Assembly (NCBI GenBank): GCA_003344405.1
Contig: NOWV01000152.1
Span: 62,001-126,000 of the forward strand
Length of the DNA stretch: 64,000 nt
Direction: 5' to 3'
Source of the DNA: Trichoplax sp. H2
Lineage: Eukaryota
Part shown: piece by piece, positions 16,101 through 28,300 of the stretch
Position numbering within the stretch: position 1 is the stretch's first letter
Layout: the number at the start of each line of letters is the position of its first letter
Translations under genes and position numbers: made by a program
The notes under the pieces: generated by a model
Database searches by the model: none
What the model saw: only the letters and a program-made list of their open reading frames with translations
What the model was told of the DNA's origin: nothing

Positions 16101-16141
16101 AACAAAGCGCCCAAAAGACTTATTCATTGAGTCCTCCCTAA
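10123..16141 (+). CDS. SYT15: Synaptotagmin-15-like protein (N-terminal TM, linker, tandem C2A/C2B); start-codon exon not resolved
   Basis: Exons 10123-10588, 14455-14716, 14907-15065, 15231-15348, 15819-16141(TAA). All junctions are GT-AG and the phases (2,0,0,1) join in frame. TM segment IGIAVTIAVLSGIVVVLVFYLII. C2A 'GRIWFSWEYQPSDERLTV...NPLVKVCALPFERQTNQTVVKKKSNNPRYDESFHFQ' resembles SYT15 (GRLWFSVEY...ERL). C2B 'KTKKTNIVKKTVDPTFDESFQF...GQALDHWQEI'. The subfamily call is from recalled similarity, not a search. Confidence 0.85.
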
Positions 16142-17100
16142 TATTCACCGTTATCCGTATAGATAGCATGAAGGAAATATCATTATAATAAGACTTTCTA
16201 AAAACTAGATATCAATCCATTTACAGCCAATAGGTCACAATATCTGTTGAAGATGTGTTCTATAAATTCTAAATCGATTACCACTGCCTTGAATTTATCA
16301 TGTTAGAAAACTGTGTCAAGTTGACTTGACTTGAAACTAGAAAGTTTAATGATTAATACGATGAATACAAGTTTTCGGATTTAACGAGTACATACGAAAG
16401 TAGGCATCAGGTAGATTTTAGTTTTAGCAACTACTAGCTCGAAAAATTTTATCCTCATCCAACACTACAATTATTTGATAATGTACAGTAGTGATAGCCA
16501 TGCTTGACCGTGTTGCTGTTATTAAAACCAATCAATTGTAAAATTTTTTATCAGGTTACATTGCACTTTCTCACATGTACTCGTACATTTCCGTAACTTA
16601 ACTGGTATCAATACCAATTTCGTATGACTATAAATGTGATAAGTTGATGGAACGTAAGCGAGATGTTCCGCTACTCTAAAGTCAAAATAAGATTAATATT
16701 ACGTGAGGTATATTTTAAGTTTAGATGTGAATCAACATCGGCCATGCGTCATGAAATACCAGTGTTAATATTCGTGACAACTGCGATTGGTTCATGTTAA
16801 CTATAACTATGCTACATGTCGCTTTTAAAGATATTCGTTCAATATCATAAAGGCCTTAACTCCTTTTTTGCCATGACAAAAGAAATCTATGCTGCTACTG
16901 CTGCTTTTCTAAACGTTGTTGAGGGCATATCGCGTATAATTTTCTTCGATACTAGCATAGCTACGTCTTTTAATGCTGTAACTTCAATCTTTATAGTAAA
17001 ATTTTGCTTTTGTATCAACAAAACTGTATTGAACACAACCAAGACTATATTTAAATAAAGTTAATTCAATATATCCTTTTTTTATCTGTCGTAAAAGCTT

Positions 17101-17106
17101 TTTATT
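17101..17106 (-). terminator. Polyadenylation signal of RPS24 (AATAAA)
   Basis: tttatt on the + strand, about 55 nt downstream of the RPS24 stop codon in the last exon. Confidence 0.65.
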
Positions 17107-17161
17107 TAACTGGCTGTATCAGACAAGCATTTGAGAATTATTTTGTACAAGCGGGATCGGA

Positions 17162-19018
17162 TTACTGTAAAAACAGAAAAAACAACAGTTAGTATTGAAA
17201 TAGATTGCTATTGTCAAGATTAAATTACCTAGTAATCTATTGGGTATCAAGGTGCATAGCTACTAAGTCATGAATTAAGTTATAGAGTCTAAGTACGCCT
17301 ATCCATTATTCAATTTTAGGATATATTGTTACCATAGCTAACACATACTGTATACAGTATACGTTCAGGACATTTAAGCTAATACTGCAATCTCTACCCT
17401 ATCTGTGGTACAGTAATAGCTACAGTTAGTATTAATGTTCTGAACATACCTTCTTCTTGCCAGCACCAACTTTAGCTTTGGCAGTACCACGTACTTTCTT
17501 TTGTCTGTTCTTTCTCTCCTTACGTTGTTTCCTAGAAGCCCTTTTCCTCTCCAAGAAACCCAACTGATCAAATAAGAATAAATTTTACATTAATATCCTT
17601 GATGTTATAATTCAATTTACTTCAAGGTCTATCAACGCTATATTTGTGATAACTCAATTCCATCAATTGAAAAATTTAAATCTTAATTCAAGTTTTGTAG
17701 CTCGATCAATAATATTGTAACAGCAACTAATTTTTACGATCACGTAATCAGTATTGACTGACAACTTACCCGAACCAAACGATGCTTGGGCTCAAATTTT
17801 TTAAGATAATCTAAATTATCGTAGATAACGGCGAAACCAGTGCTTTTACCACCACCAAATATTGTCTTGAATCCAAAGCAGATTATATGATCTGCAGCAC
17901 ATTTGTACATTTGAGCTAATCTTTCTTTAACGACAGTCTTTTTTACGGTAGCTTTACCAGGATGGAGGACATCTACGACCTAAATAGTTATTAGGCGAAA
18001 TTTAATTTCATAGTATCGTCCAATACAAAACATATCGAAAATCCTGCTATAGAGTAGCAATAAAACTGGTAGATCAGTATGAGCACTAAAGGATAACCAT
18101 AACTCAAAAATGTGCAGGATAATCACCCTAATATGGCCGACCCCGCCAACACTGGTACTGGCTAGGACCGTTATTGTAGTTACCAGAGTTGCAAATTACA
18201 ATACTTTCATACTGAACTGCCCCTGAACTAAATGCATTATCCAATCTAGTTTAGTTCAGAAATAGCCTTCAAAAAAAGCTTTCGTAGGAGATACTATATC
18301 ATTAAGATGTTATGTAACTAAACTGCAAATTACTGATATGACTGCAAGGTAAATAGAATACTAACTATAGGATGAGTTTACAGGAATCCATCAATGCCAT
18401 CTTCTCTCAGCTAAAATGGAATCGCCTCTGCAAACTGCTCTTATACCCACTGATTAATAGTAGTTACTCACTATGGATATTTTCTATTACTGCTGTACTC
18501 TATTCTGTATTTAAGAAATGATGTAGTGTACCAATCACAATTTAACGTTTACACTATAACAGAGGCAGAGAACACTTACCATTTGCTTGCGATTCAACAA
18601 GCGGTTGGTCATAAACTTGCGGGTTCGAATTGTGATAGCACCTTCGCTCTACATCATGATAATAGTAAGATAACATAAGTGCAATTTCAAGATCGAAAAT
18701 GACTACAACATCAATAAAGCCTATTTCGACATAATTAGGATCATTTGAAGCAATCTGTATTGCAATTCATGTTGACTAGCAAGCAATCTCTCAAGCCATG
18801 ATTACTACAACATGACTATGACTTAGGATGTGTAAGTTGAAAATCGATACAATGAATATTATCGTTCATCACACTATTCAATCTTGAATTAAATAATAAA
18901 AAATTCAAACCGAACGAAACAATAAGTTTTTTTCTTGAAGTTAACATCAAATGAAGGCTAACTAGTGCAGGATTAATTGGATATTGGATGGATTCGTATA
19001 CGATCGGCTACTCACCAT
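17162..19018 (-). CDS. RPS24: 40S ribosomal protein S24 (eS24), 132 aa
   Basis: Exons 19018-19016 (ATG only), 18648-18580, 17979-17770, 17563-17450, 17164-17162 (TAA only), all GT-AG phase 0. Protein [36 protein letters not shown]...[38 protein letters not shown]...[29 protein letters not shown] is unmistakable eS24. Confidence 0.98.
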
Positions 19019-19041
19019 TTTGAAAACGTTGGATCGGAACT

Positions 19042-19051
19042 GAAAAGAAAC
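19042..19051 (-). promoter_or_regulatory. Candidate polypyrimidine (TCT/5'TOP-like) initiator of RPS24
   Basis: The minus strand reads GTTTCTTTTC about 25-30 nt upstream of the ATG. Ribosomal protein genes typically initiate in such tracts. Confidence 0.5.
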
Positions 19052-19116
19052 GGCCTTATCACGCGTGAACTATTAATCATGCGCAATGGACAGTACAGAA
19101 CAATGGCTCTTGTTCA

Positions 19117-19188
19117 ATACAGTACAGTACAGTACAGTACTGTAAATAATGATACTTAGTATTGTACTGGACTGTACTGTGTACTGTA
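19117..19188. repeat. (CAGTA)n / (TACTG)n inverted pentamer array in the RPS24 upstream region
   Basis: atacagtacagtacagtacagtac is followed after a short spacer by gtactggactgtactgtgtactgta, an imperfect inverted repeat. Confidence 0.7.
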
Positions 19189-20752
19189 GTGATCGTACTG
19201 GTAGAAGACCAGTATTCGTTAAAGGGGCGTGGCGAGCTCTCTAAAATGGTCGAAAGATGTCTCAGCTATAGTATTGCTTTAAATTATGTCTTTCAATGGT
19301 GAAGAAATAGACTTTCAATTTGGCTCCAATTCTATGCAGACAGATCAGTATAACCTTGAGCAATTAGCTCTTGATATGTTGATTACTTTTTATCGCAGTA
19401 TTGAGTAATTCTATTTCTTTCAAGTTTCTCATACAAACTATCAGTCGCTCTTACATGTTCGGTTACTCCAACCATTTTACAACTCACGCCGTAATACCGG
19501 TCAGTACTGCATGCGTAGGTATGGCAGTGCATGAGGCTTCTGTTGACGACATCTGTTGCATAAATTGGAAATTTGCACAATTTAACCATTTATCATGCCA
19601 ACTTAAGATAATTAATTCACTAGTAGCGTAACTATATGCTAGTGTTTTCAGAGTGGATAAGAAGGAAGACGCAAAACAATGGCGTACTGTATGCTACAAT
19701 GATACTGTCATACTCCACTCTAGCTAGCCTGTGCTGCACACTGCTTTGATACAAGCATATTAATCTTGCGCAAATGGCGTACAGTATTTGCGGTTGGACA
19801 TCACATCTAGTCATCTACTATTTTGATAAATAAATTAAACTTTTTAAAAATTAAGGGATATTTGCTTTTCTACCAGGCTCTGAGTTACTTTGTACTCCAC
19901 TTGGGGTTAGTCCTTATATATCGTACTTTTGACTCTCATTTTTACACACATATTTCACGTACGTAGCTAAGTTGCAGTTAACTTATGCATTCATTCAAGG
20001 CAAGTAAATAAGTGAAAATTTTATAGTGCAGGTTCTTGCACAACTTGAGATTTACTGTTAGAATGCATTAGCACTACTAGAATTTTAGCTATCTATTGAA
20101 TAATCGTGTAAGCCACCAATTGCATATTGTACATGCTGAAGCCGTACCGTAACATCTGACTGAGCGAGGTCGTCAGTTCAGGCCAAATACAATACTGTAT
20201 ATCTATAAGTTATGAGCTATCATGAGTAACTCATCCAATCATGTAGCCCACCATTCCAAAGATCTTGAAACAAGTAACCTTAAATTGTATTGTATATCAG
20301 AAACAGAACTTCTCATTGATCGTAATCATTCAATTCAATAAGCAACCATGGTCAAGACTGATAAAACAACGTGTAATCAACATGAATAGCAAGGGTATCG
20401 AATGCATTATAACTTCGAAATCAACAGAGGACTTGATCCATTCATAAATAAAAGTCTAGAAAATTTATTTACACATTGCAAAGTTGGCCAAGTCAATATC
20501 ATAACAGCAAATATTAAATTAATTCAGATAAGGTCGATACAATTCATTAGCTGTCTCACTACAGTAGTAGTATTTGAATGATATACAGTATTTATTTATA
20601 AATCTGGATGAAAGTGTAGCCTTTACACTTTACACAGCGTATCGCGTTTTTAAGGCTAGATTATTTCGAATTTTCATACAGGGCAAGAAGGTCTTATTCT
20701 TAATTTAGGACATTCTCATTGCAGAATAACAATAACAGTGACATCATTTCCT

Positions 20753-21950
20753 TTACCTTCTTTGAGTGCGTTTATCGTAGCGCCTTAAAACAGAATTAAT
20801 GACCTCTGCAGTGTTCTTTGAGCTGGCGTCAGTAGTCATCTCTTTCTCCTTACTTTGTTGCTAAAAAAGTATCAATGATCAATCGTTTCAATTTACCTGA
20901 GATACATACACATGAGTGGTTTTCAAGCACACGCACTACAACTAACAATTTTTTAATCTTGAATAAATACATTACAGTTCAATGAAACAAACTTACAGCT
21001 GCAACTTGGTTCGTACATGCCATGAATGCTGTAATTTCCTTTCCACAAGCACTATCTTGAAACTCATTCTCCTTCCAACACGTCATTAACGCAGCCATTT
21101 CATTCAGGCACGTAGCATCTTTACAACATACAGATAGCATTGTTAAAGCAGAATTTATGTACGAAATGCCCTTCATAAAATATGAATTTACAATCAAGTA
21201 TTATTAAATAACAGCAACTAGCGCGAATTCAACGTTGTACAGTTATTTGCAGCTTTCAATTTTAAGCACTTTATGTCCATTTTTAAATGAAAGATTTTCT
21301 ATTTTATCAAAAGCATCGATGGCTTTCCTGTTTATTCTGGTGGTTACAGAGGATACCTCAATTTGACTAGAGCTATGTCGGTACTTTAATAGCTGAGATA
21401 AAAGGGCTGTCAAAATGATTTAGGCGTTTCTGATGGTACAGTATACTCGTCTAGGACATAAATTATCGGATCGACGAGGTGGTCCAATTTATGCTGTAAC
21501 TTATTTTGAATATTCCGACTTTGAGATAGTATAATAGGCAAAACTTGAACCTAGACAACACTTGTAATTAATGTCATCATTACGAGTGTAGACAAGTACA
21601 ACTGTCAGCAGACGATACAAAGTCTATCATACTTTAATTTGCACTCGGATCAATTGCAGTGAAATAGAACTGATCCTTGCATTGTAGACAGTATGCAGCA
21701 GCAATATTAATGAACGAGCTTCTGCAACAAGCAACGGAATCCCCCAACGGTATAACAGTACTGTACTATACAAGATATAAAGTCTTCAAGATTTACATCA
21801 CCCATGAATAAAGCGAAGTTTGATCATACATATCTAATGTTACTCACTGCCAACATTACTGCCAGTATTGGAAATGTAAGGCCTCAATTTCATTTCTTTG
21901 ATGAGACCTTTAACTCTTTTCTTGCACAATGCGCGTGTAACTTGCACCAT
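20753..21950 (-). CDS. CHCHD1: CHCHD1-like / mitochondrial ribosomal protein mS37 (twin CX9C), 110 aa
   Basis: Exons 21950-21848, 21118-20997, 20860-20753(TAA), GT-AG, phases 1 and 0. MVQVTRALCKKRVKGLIKEMKLRPYISN...ATCLNEMAALMTCWKENEFQDSACGKEITAFMAC shows the CX9C-X10-CX9C motif with the CHCHD1-typical 'C..EM..LM.CWK.N.F.D..C.KEI..F..C'. Confidence 0.9.
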
Positions 21951-22222
21951 GATTCCTTTCTACCAGCTGTGTCTTGCTCGAGCTGCAAGGAAAAACTCCT
22001 TTAAGGTCACTTCAGCTCTACCCTAGCCTACCTTCGGTCAGGGACTGTTGCAAGACTACTATTCTATACAGAATAAGGGGGGGCCGTATCCTTTTTCCTC
22101 TCATTCCACTACAGTACCACAGCAACCGTCTAGACTGTACACTGTGCAGTATTGTACTGTAGCCTATGCGCAATCGCAGACAGTCTATCCATCGTTTCAG
22201 ATGTTGAGTTGAAATGACCAGT

Positions 22223-22412
22223 AAAATCGCCCATCCCTGCACTTTTGACTATACTGAATCAGCGTTTTTAAAATCGCCCATCCCCGCACTTTTGACTATA
22301 CTGAATCAGCGTTTTTAAAATCGCCCATCCCCGCACTTTTGACTATACTGAATCAGCGTTTTTAAAATCTTCCATCCCCGCCCGCACTTTTGACTATACT
22401 GAATCAGCGTTT
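22223..22412. repeat. Minisatellite, 4 copies of a 47-bp unit
   Basis: Unit aaaatcgcccatccccgcacttttgactatactgaatcagcgttttt starts at 22223, 22270, 22317 and 22364. Copies 2 and 3 are identical, copy 1 has one substitution, and copy 4 is diverged with a 4-bp insertion. Confidence 0.95.
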
Positions 22413-23958
22413 CGTGTCCTGTCTTTCCTTTCGTCGTCGGTATGCCTAAAATAAAACGTGTCGTACAGTACGTGTACATTGTACAATGCAGCGTGTCGTA
22501 CATCCGACCGGCTGTCCGTAAATGGAAAGCAGAGTCTTCAATCTCTATCAGCTAGTTGCTCTACTCTAGCGTTGCAATCGGCATGTTTAGTGCCCTAAAA
22601 TTGCGATGGCCTATCATTTCATCGGCCATTCTACTAATTCTACTTTACTCTACTACTCAAACCGTCGACTGCACTATCCAAAACCAATCTTAGAATTGTC
22701 TTCTATACAATATTCGTACATAGGATAGTTCATTGCAATCCTATAAATTCATGCGACATAGTCAATGTGACCATGGTAATGGATGAGCATGGATACCATT
22801 TCAGCTTCAGTTACATCCTGGCAGTTTAGAAGTCCATAGCTAGTCTTACGATCACATAAGGAAGAAGTTCGAAAGTGTAGTAGAGTATAGCTTTGGTTAA
22901 TGATTCCATTCCTACTGATCTTTATGATGTAGAAATAGTTTTGAATCCATGACCAACACTGGATTGCAACATAGCTGATCATTACCCTCCAATTCCTCAT
23001 TTGGTCAAATTACGGCATGAAGAATTGTTTTCTTGAGTCCATGACTAGGAAAGGAGAGAACAGATAAAGTTATTGCAGAGTTGAAGTTCAACTGCAGTCA
23101 TTTCATTCCCTTTGATCTCTACCTTAGCCACATTAGGAATTTTTCATTTTGTAGGCCTTGAATAATGCTGGAATGAATTAAGCAAAGGGCATGAACGCAT
23201 ACATGAAATGCCTGTATCCCTTCTAATCTCTATCAGTGTCAAGCTTTTGCAGTAATTACTATTCTAGATGCCATAGCCAATGTTGGAATGGATTGCATAA
23301 AGGATATCAGAATAGAGTCATGTTAGAGTATAAATAGGATAATACCGTTCCCTCTGATGTTTATTATAGCCAACCTAGTAATAATTACTTGCAGTCTAGG
23401 ACTAACGTTGGCATTAATTAGATCAAGAATATAACTGTATATTAGAAATCAATTTGATTATTACAACTGTAAGAGTTAGGTAGAGTATTTGTGTGAATTA
23501 TTTTCTATTGAGCTACTATCACGCGGAAACTATAAATTGTTTCTTCTTACTTCACGGCTAGAAATAAAATTTTTTTTATGCCGTAAGGGTATGGTACAGC
23601 AAGAATAATTATGCCCTCACATCGTCATCACGGTTTATTGCTCCATGGTTAGATTGCTATAATGTTGATTTAAGAGACATCAGAATATGATAGAATATGA
23701 ATTAAATAACTCCTTCAGATCTCTATTGTAGTAAAACCACTAATTAAGTCTGATCTAATCTGCATGAAAGAGAGTAACGCATGTGCAGTATACTGAACAG
23801 AATATTAATGAATTAGTTACATTTCCTTTCTATATTCGTTGTACTAACCTGATGACTAAATCTCCACTGATGAAGTAATCACGGTTGTATAAGAACAATA
23901 ACCTCCAGAACGATTTGATAATATTGCAGAACGAAGCCAGAGTACCAGTAAAGTAAAA

Positions 23959-25383
23959 ATGGAGAAACATGAAGAGGATGCTATTAAGGAATGTTGGTCC
24001 GAACTTGTTAAGTCCATGCCGGTAGACCATATGAAAAATAAGCTATTTTCGAAGCGTATATTAGAGATATCTGATCTTGAAGCTATTGACGCTATGAATA
24101 CTATTAATAAAAAAAACCAAGAAATTCTAAAATTGGTAACGCGATCACAATCTCCTGAAACCTATAATATTTTCATTACTGCTTTGAGGGAAATCCCAAC
24201 TAGAAATAATATCTTAGCGGACATGGTTGAAAAATGTAATAAAAAGAGCGTATCTTATAACTCAAGCAGCAATACTGCGTCTGCCAATATAAATGCAGAC
24301 CAAACAGGTAAGCTTAATCGTAGGTTTAATATTAGTTGTTGGAAAAAATAAAACAATTTCACTACGGTATGCGATAAATCCGTTGCTATCTATCAATCTA
24401 TTACTAATTATATATTTTTAAGGACTAATTGTGATAGCAGAAATCATAAAATCAATTACTGCAAATAAAGATAGTATTCGTTAATCAGATAACAAGATTA
24501 CATCATGTTTGTCTAATGTTTAATATTAATATTGTAAATGATGAAACCAAGTTAGTCATAAATCTCATAGAATATCAGTAATGATTTCGCTATTACCGCA
24601 TACTTCAATCTTGATAGCGCTCACTAGTTCGAGCAATCAGATAAAATTTAAACCATATTGATGTTACATGATTTTATTTATCGGTTGTTTAACATTGTTT
24701 ATTTAAACTGATATTACAGACTCTGTTGGAGTTGACAAATCCTCTGCTTGCGGTGAGAAATGGGACGTCTTTTTGAGTTATTCGTGGAATAATAAAGACG
24801 AAGTAAAGAAAATTAAGAGTTACTTGGAACAGCAAAAGTGGAAAGTTTGGATAGATGATAATCGTGTTGCAGGTGGTCAGGACTTGGATTCAGTTCTTTC
24901 AAATGGAATTGAGGCATGCAAGGTAAAATCATGAAGAACGTCGACAACCAGTACTCGCTACTACATCGTAGGCTATTTTTCAGCGACAATATTACCTCTG
25001 AATAGGCTCTGATTCTGTAACTAATTGCTGATCCAATAAGTTGATGCACAGTTTTAAATCACTACTTACTTTTTGCTTTTGATTAACTTCGATCTTCTAA
25101 TTCTGGCTAGGTGTTCGTTCCGTGCTTAAATAGATCGTATGCTAATTCCGATAACTGTTACAGTGAATTGTCACATGCTAAAGACCTCAAAAAGTTTATT
25201 ATACCAATCGTTCTTGGTGATGTGGATCCTAAAAACGGTGGTCTTAAAGGCAAAAATGGTGACCTAAATTTTAAAATCACTGGCCTTACGTATATTAAGA
25301 TAAAAGACTTTGAAGATAAAGCAACGACGAATATAAAACTAAATGATTTAAATAAGGCAGTACAAGAGCGATTAATAGGATAA
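23959..25383 (+). CDS. CARD (death-fold) + TIR (TIR_2-like) domain protein, about 274 aa
   Basis: Exons 23959-24307, 24720-24922, 25111-25383(TAA), GT-AG, phases 1 and 0. The N-terminal ~90 aa fit the CARD helical pattern (ELVKSM...KLFSKRILE...KKNQEILKLV...YNIFITAL...LADMVE). The C-terminal TIR reads WDVFLSYSWNNKDEV...WKVWIDD...GGQDL...GIEACKVFVPCLNRSYANSDNCYSELSHAKDLKKFIIPIVL. Confidence 0.88.
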
Positions 25384-28300
25384 TTTATTCATACCATGAA
25401 GAAGCATCCAGCGTCAACATGCCATACAAGTAAATATTATTTACTTCCTTTAATACACTGCAGTCAATGTACGTATAATTTAGTTGTGGAATAGCCGAAA
25501 GCTACCAGAACCATTGAAAGCTAGACTGCATGAAATACATATGCTTTTCGATTTACTGTACTTGTTAAGATAAGTAAAATTTTAAGTGCGATAAAGGATT
25601 CTTCGATCTATAGTGATTATGGCATTTACGATATATTATTATTAATCGCGCAGTTTACCAATAATTATAATGTAGGGTACTCTCGATACTAAAAAAATTT
25701 GCTACAACATTTTATGGTTAGATTAGTTATGTAACATACTACATTTAGTTGAATAGATGCAACTCCGATATGCATTTCGTACTCAGCCGTACATAAGCAT
25801 CATTCTGTTCGGACCTTTGCAATAAAAGGCTTTACGATGCAATTGCAGCGAAATCATGATATTATACAAGATTATAATATTATGGCGTATCGATTTTTAC
25901 GTTTATCTGTTAATTTTAAATTCTGTAAGCAACATTTAGCTTTCTGTTGAAAGACCTTGTGTAAGTATAAACCAGTTTTATGCTAAAGTAATACCTGAGT
26001 CATAACGTCATTACTCCATAGATTCCTACAGTTGCTTAGCTATTTACTGATTTTGATGTGATATAATTTATGTTAGGACAATTACAATAGTTAGGTTGAA
26101 ATGGTAAAAATGAGCATTTATTACCTTTAGCGTGTAGATATGCGATTTTTTTTTATCCTTATATCCGGTATTTGTGATATGAATAAATCGATCTTCTTAA
26201 TTGCCGTTTCAATTCTTAACTACATCATAGAATGACAATGTAAGATATGCTATGTCGATCCACTGTTCTAGAATCTATCCATTACTTTGTTAGTACAGTA
26301 TATACTTGTATAATAGGAATTTGTGGTCGTTTTCCGATAGACAAGGATAGATAAAGCATTACAGAAAAGCAGATATTTTGCCAGCATTCCTCTGATTGGG
26401 ATGCCTTATGCGTGTATACATTTTATCAACTTCGAATAGTAATAGGAGCTGTTTTAAGAGACAGTTCTGAACAATTGAGATCACTAATGTTCTAGAGTCA
26501 TTATTTTAAAAATGTTCTGCTTCTTAAGTCCAATCAAAGATACAGTTATAGTATTTTTTAAAGTATTAATGGCGTATCTTGCAATAGAAATTTAAAAGCA
26601 TACATGATAATAGTCTCGAAGGATTAAGCAACAACTTCTATCAATCAATATCTATGATCTAGTTTCAAAATCTATGGCCTTTGGCATATAATCCATCTTT
26701 CCATATCATAGCTTCAATTATTAAGCGCGTACATTAAGCCTTTGCTTAAATCTATCCAAATCTTGTATTTTGTGATGTAAATGATAGACCGTTATACTAT
26801 CTAGAATACTTCGATAAATTAGTCGATTCCATGTGATAGCAATTGTAACTGCATGATGTTTAATTATAGTCTAGTAAAATCGGTTTTAGCTTTTATTATT
26901 AAATAGTGATAAGATAGCATGAAGACACCGATGACTTTATAGTTTATTACAAAAATTCTATAGGATTTCCACTGCATATATGGCTTTTGATTTTTAAGGT
27001 TCCATAGCTTCTATTGATGGCCAGTATTACCATTGATTTTATAGTATTGTCCTAAGCCGTCTATGATTTTTATCAAGATATCAATCTTATGTCATTAGAA
27101 ATGAAAAGGCTAAAAATATTTTCGCTAGAGCTTAATTAAATTAGCTTATAGCTTCCAATCTTGGATGATGGTGATATACTGTAATATTAAATCGTCCACG
27201 ATTTCCTAAAATCAAGATCATATGAATTGAAAATTTCAACTTTACAGTGCGTAGATTGATACCGGATGCAGCCAGACTATATATAATCTCTGTTATGATG
27301 TAACGTTCTTAATATATTACTAATAGCAAGCCTAGTTTGCCTTCAACCTCTACTGTAATTTTTAATACAGATAGCTAGGTACAGACATTTTAACTATCAA
27401 GGAAATCATTGGTAACAATTAGTAGGTATTATGACCTGAAATTGAAGTAATAGTGACCTATATGATTTTATGTGATAGTATTACAATATCGATTATGAAT
27501 TTAGAATGACGGACCGATAATAGATAGATGCACCGGAATAATTTTAAGCCTGTAAAGCCTTAGATCGTTGATACTTTATTGAAATTTAGAACTAGCGTGA
27601 ATTCGTTCCTACCGGCAGAGCTTTCACACATGATCTAAGATGGTATATAGTGATTACCTTATTCACGTTACTTAATTTAAAGAAACTTTACGATAATTTC
27701 TTTGTGTTTAGAGAGAGGGAGATAGCTACCGTACCAACTCTTATAAATACTGTAAATTTAAAATATTTGCCTAAAATTATTGCAAGACTAACCCAATACT
27801 TTTACTAAAGATGATTGGTTCTAGATTAGATTTATAGTATATGAATATTTCAATCATTTTTCACATAAATATAAATACCCATACAATCTGGCAATGTTTA
27901 TATTCCAAATCATTTCGTAGCATGTCATCTTACGGACATTAGAAAGCTGGCGACTTGTGGCTAAAGTTTTATAAATCATGATGTCTCCGAGATACTGTCA
28001 TAGACAATGGAAATTTAACACTGATGCTAAATAAAAGCTTTATTTACTCCAAGCCTTATTGAAAAATTAAATGAATTTATGGTTATGTTAAATTACTTCA
28101 GATATTTCAGATCATTGTTATAGTAGATTACATTAGTGTTACGAGCTAAACAAAAAAACTAATCAAGCCTTCAGTTCCTATATCGCATAATAAATTGTCA
28201 CATATTTTACGGAGACTTTGTTAATAGACATTTTGAAATCTATAAGCTAAATTTTTTCCCCTGGTCTAATGCCTTTACCTAATGTATCGTTATTCGCCTA

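Noticed and set aside
21119-21847. Intronic C/D snoRNA in CHCHD1 (ATGATGA on the minus strand near 21575) or in RPS24 introns
   Set aside because: No properly spaced D box (CTGA) or terminal stem was found, and no recognisable rRNA-complementary guide.
22223-22412. CRISPR-like array
   Set aside because: The units are contiguous with no unique spacers, there are no cas genes and the context is eukaryotic. It is a minisatellite, and ORFs 22018-22242 and 22315-22503 are by-products.
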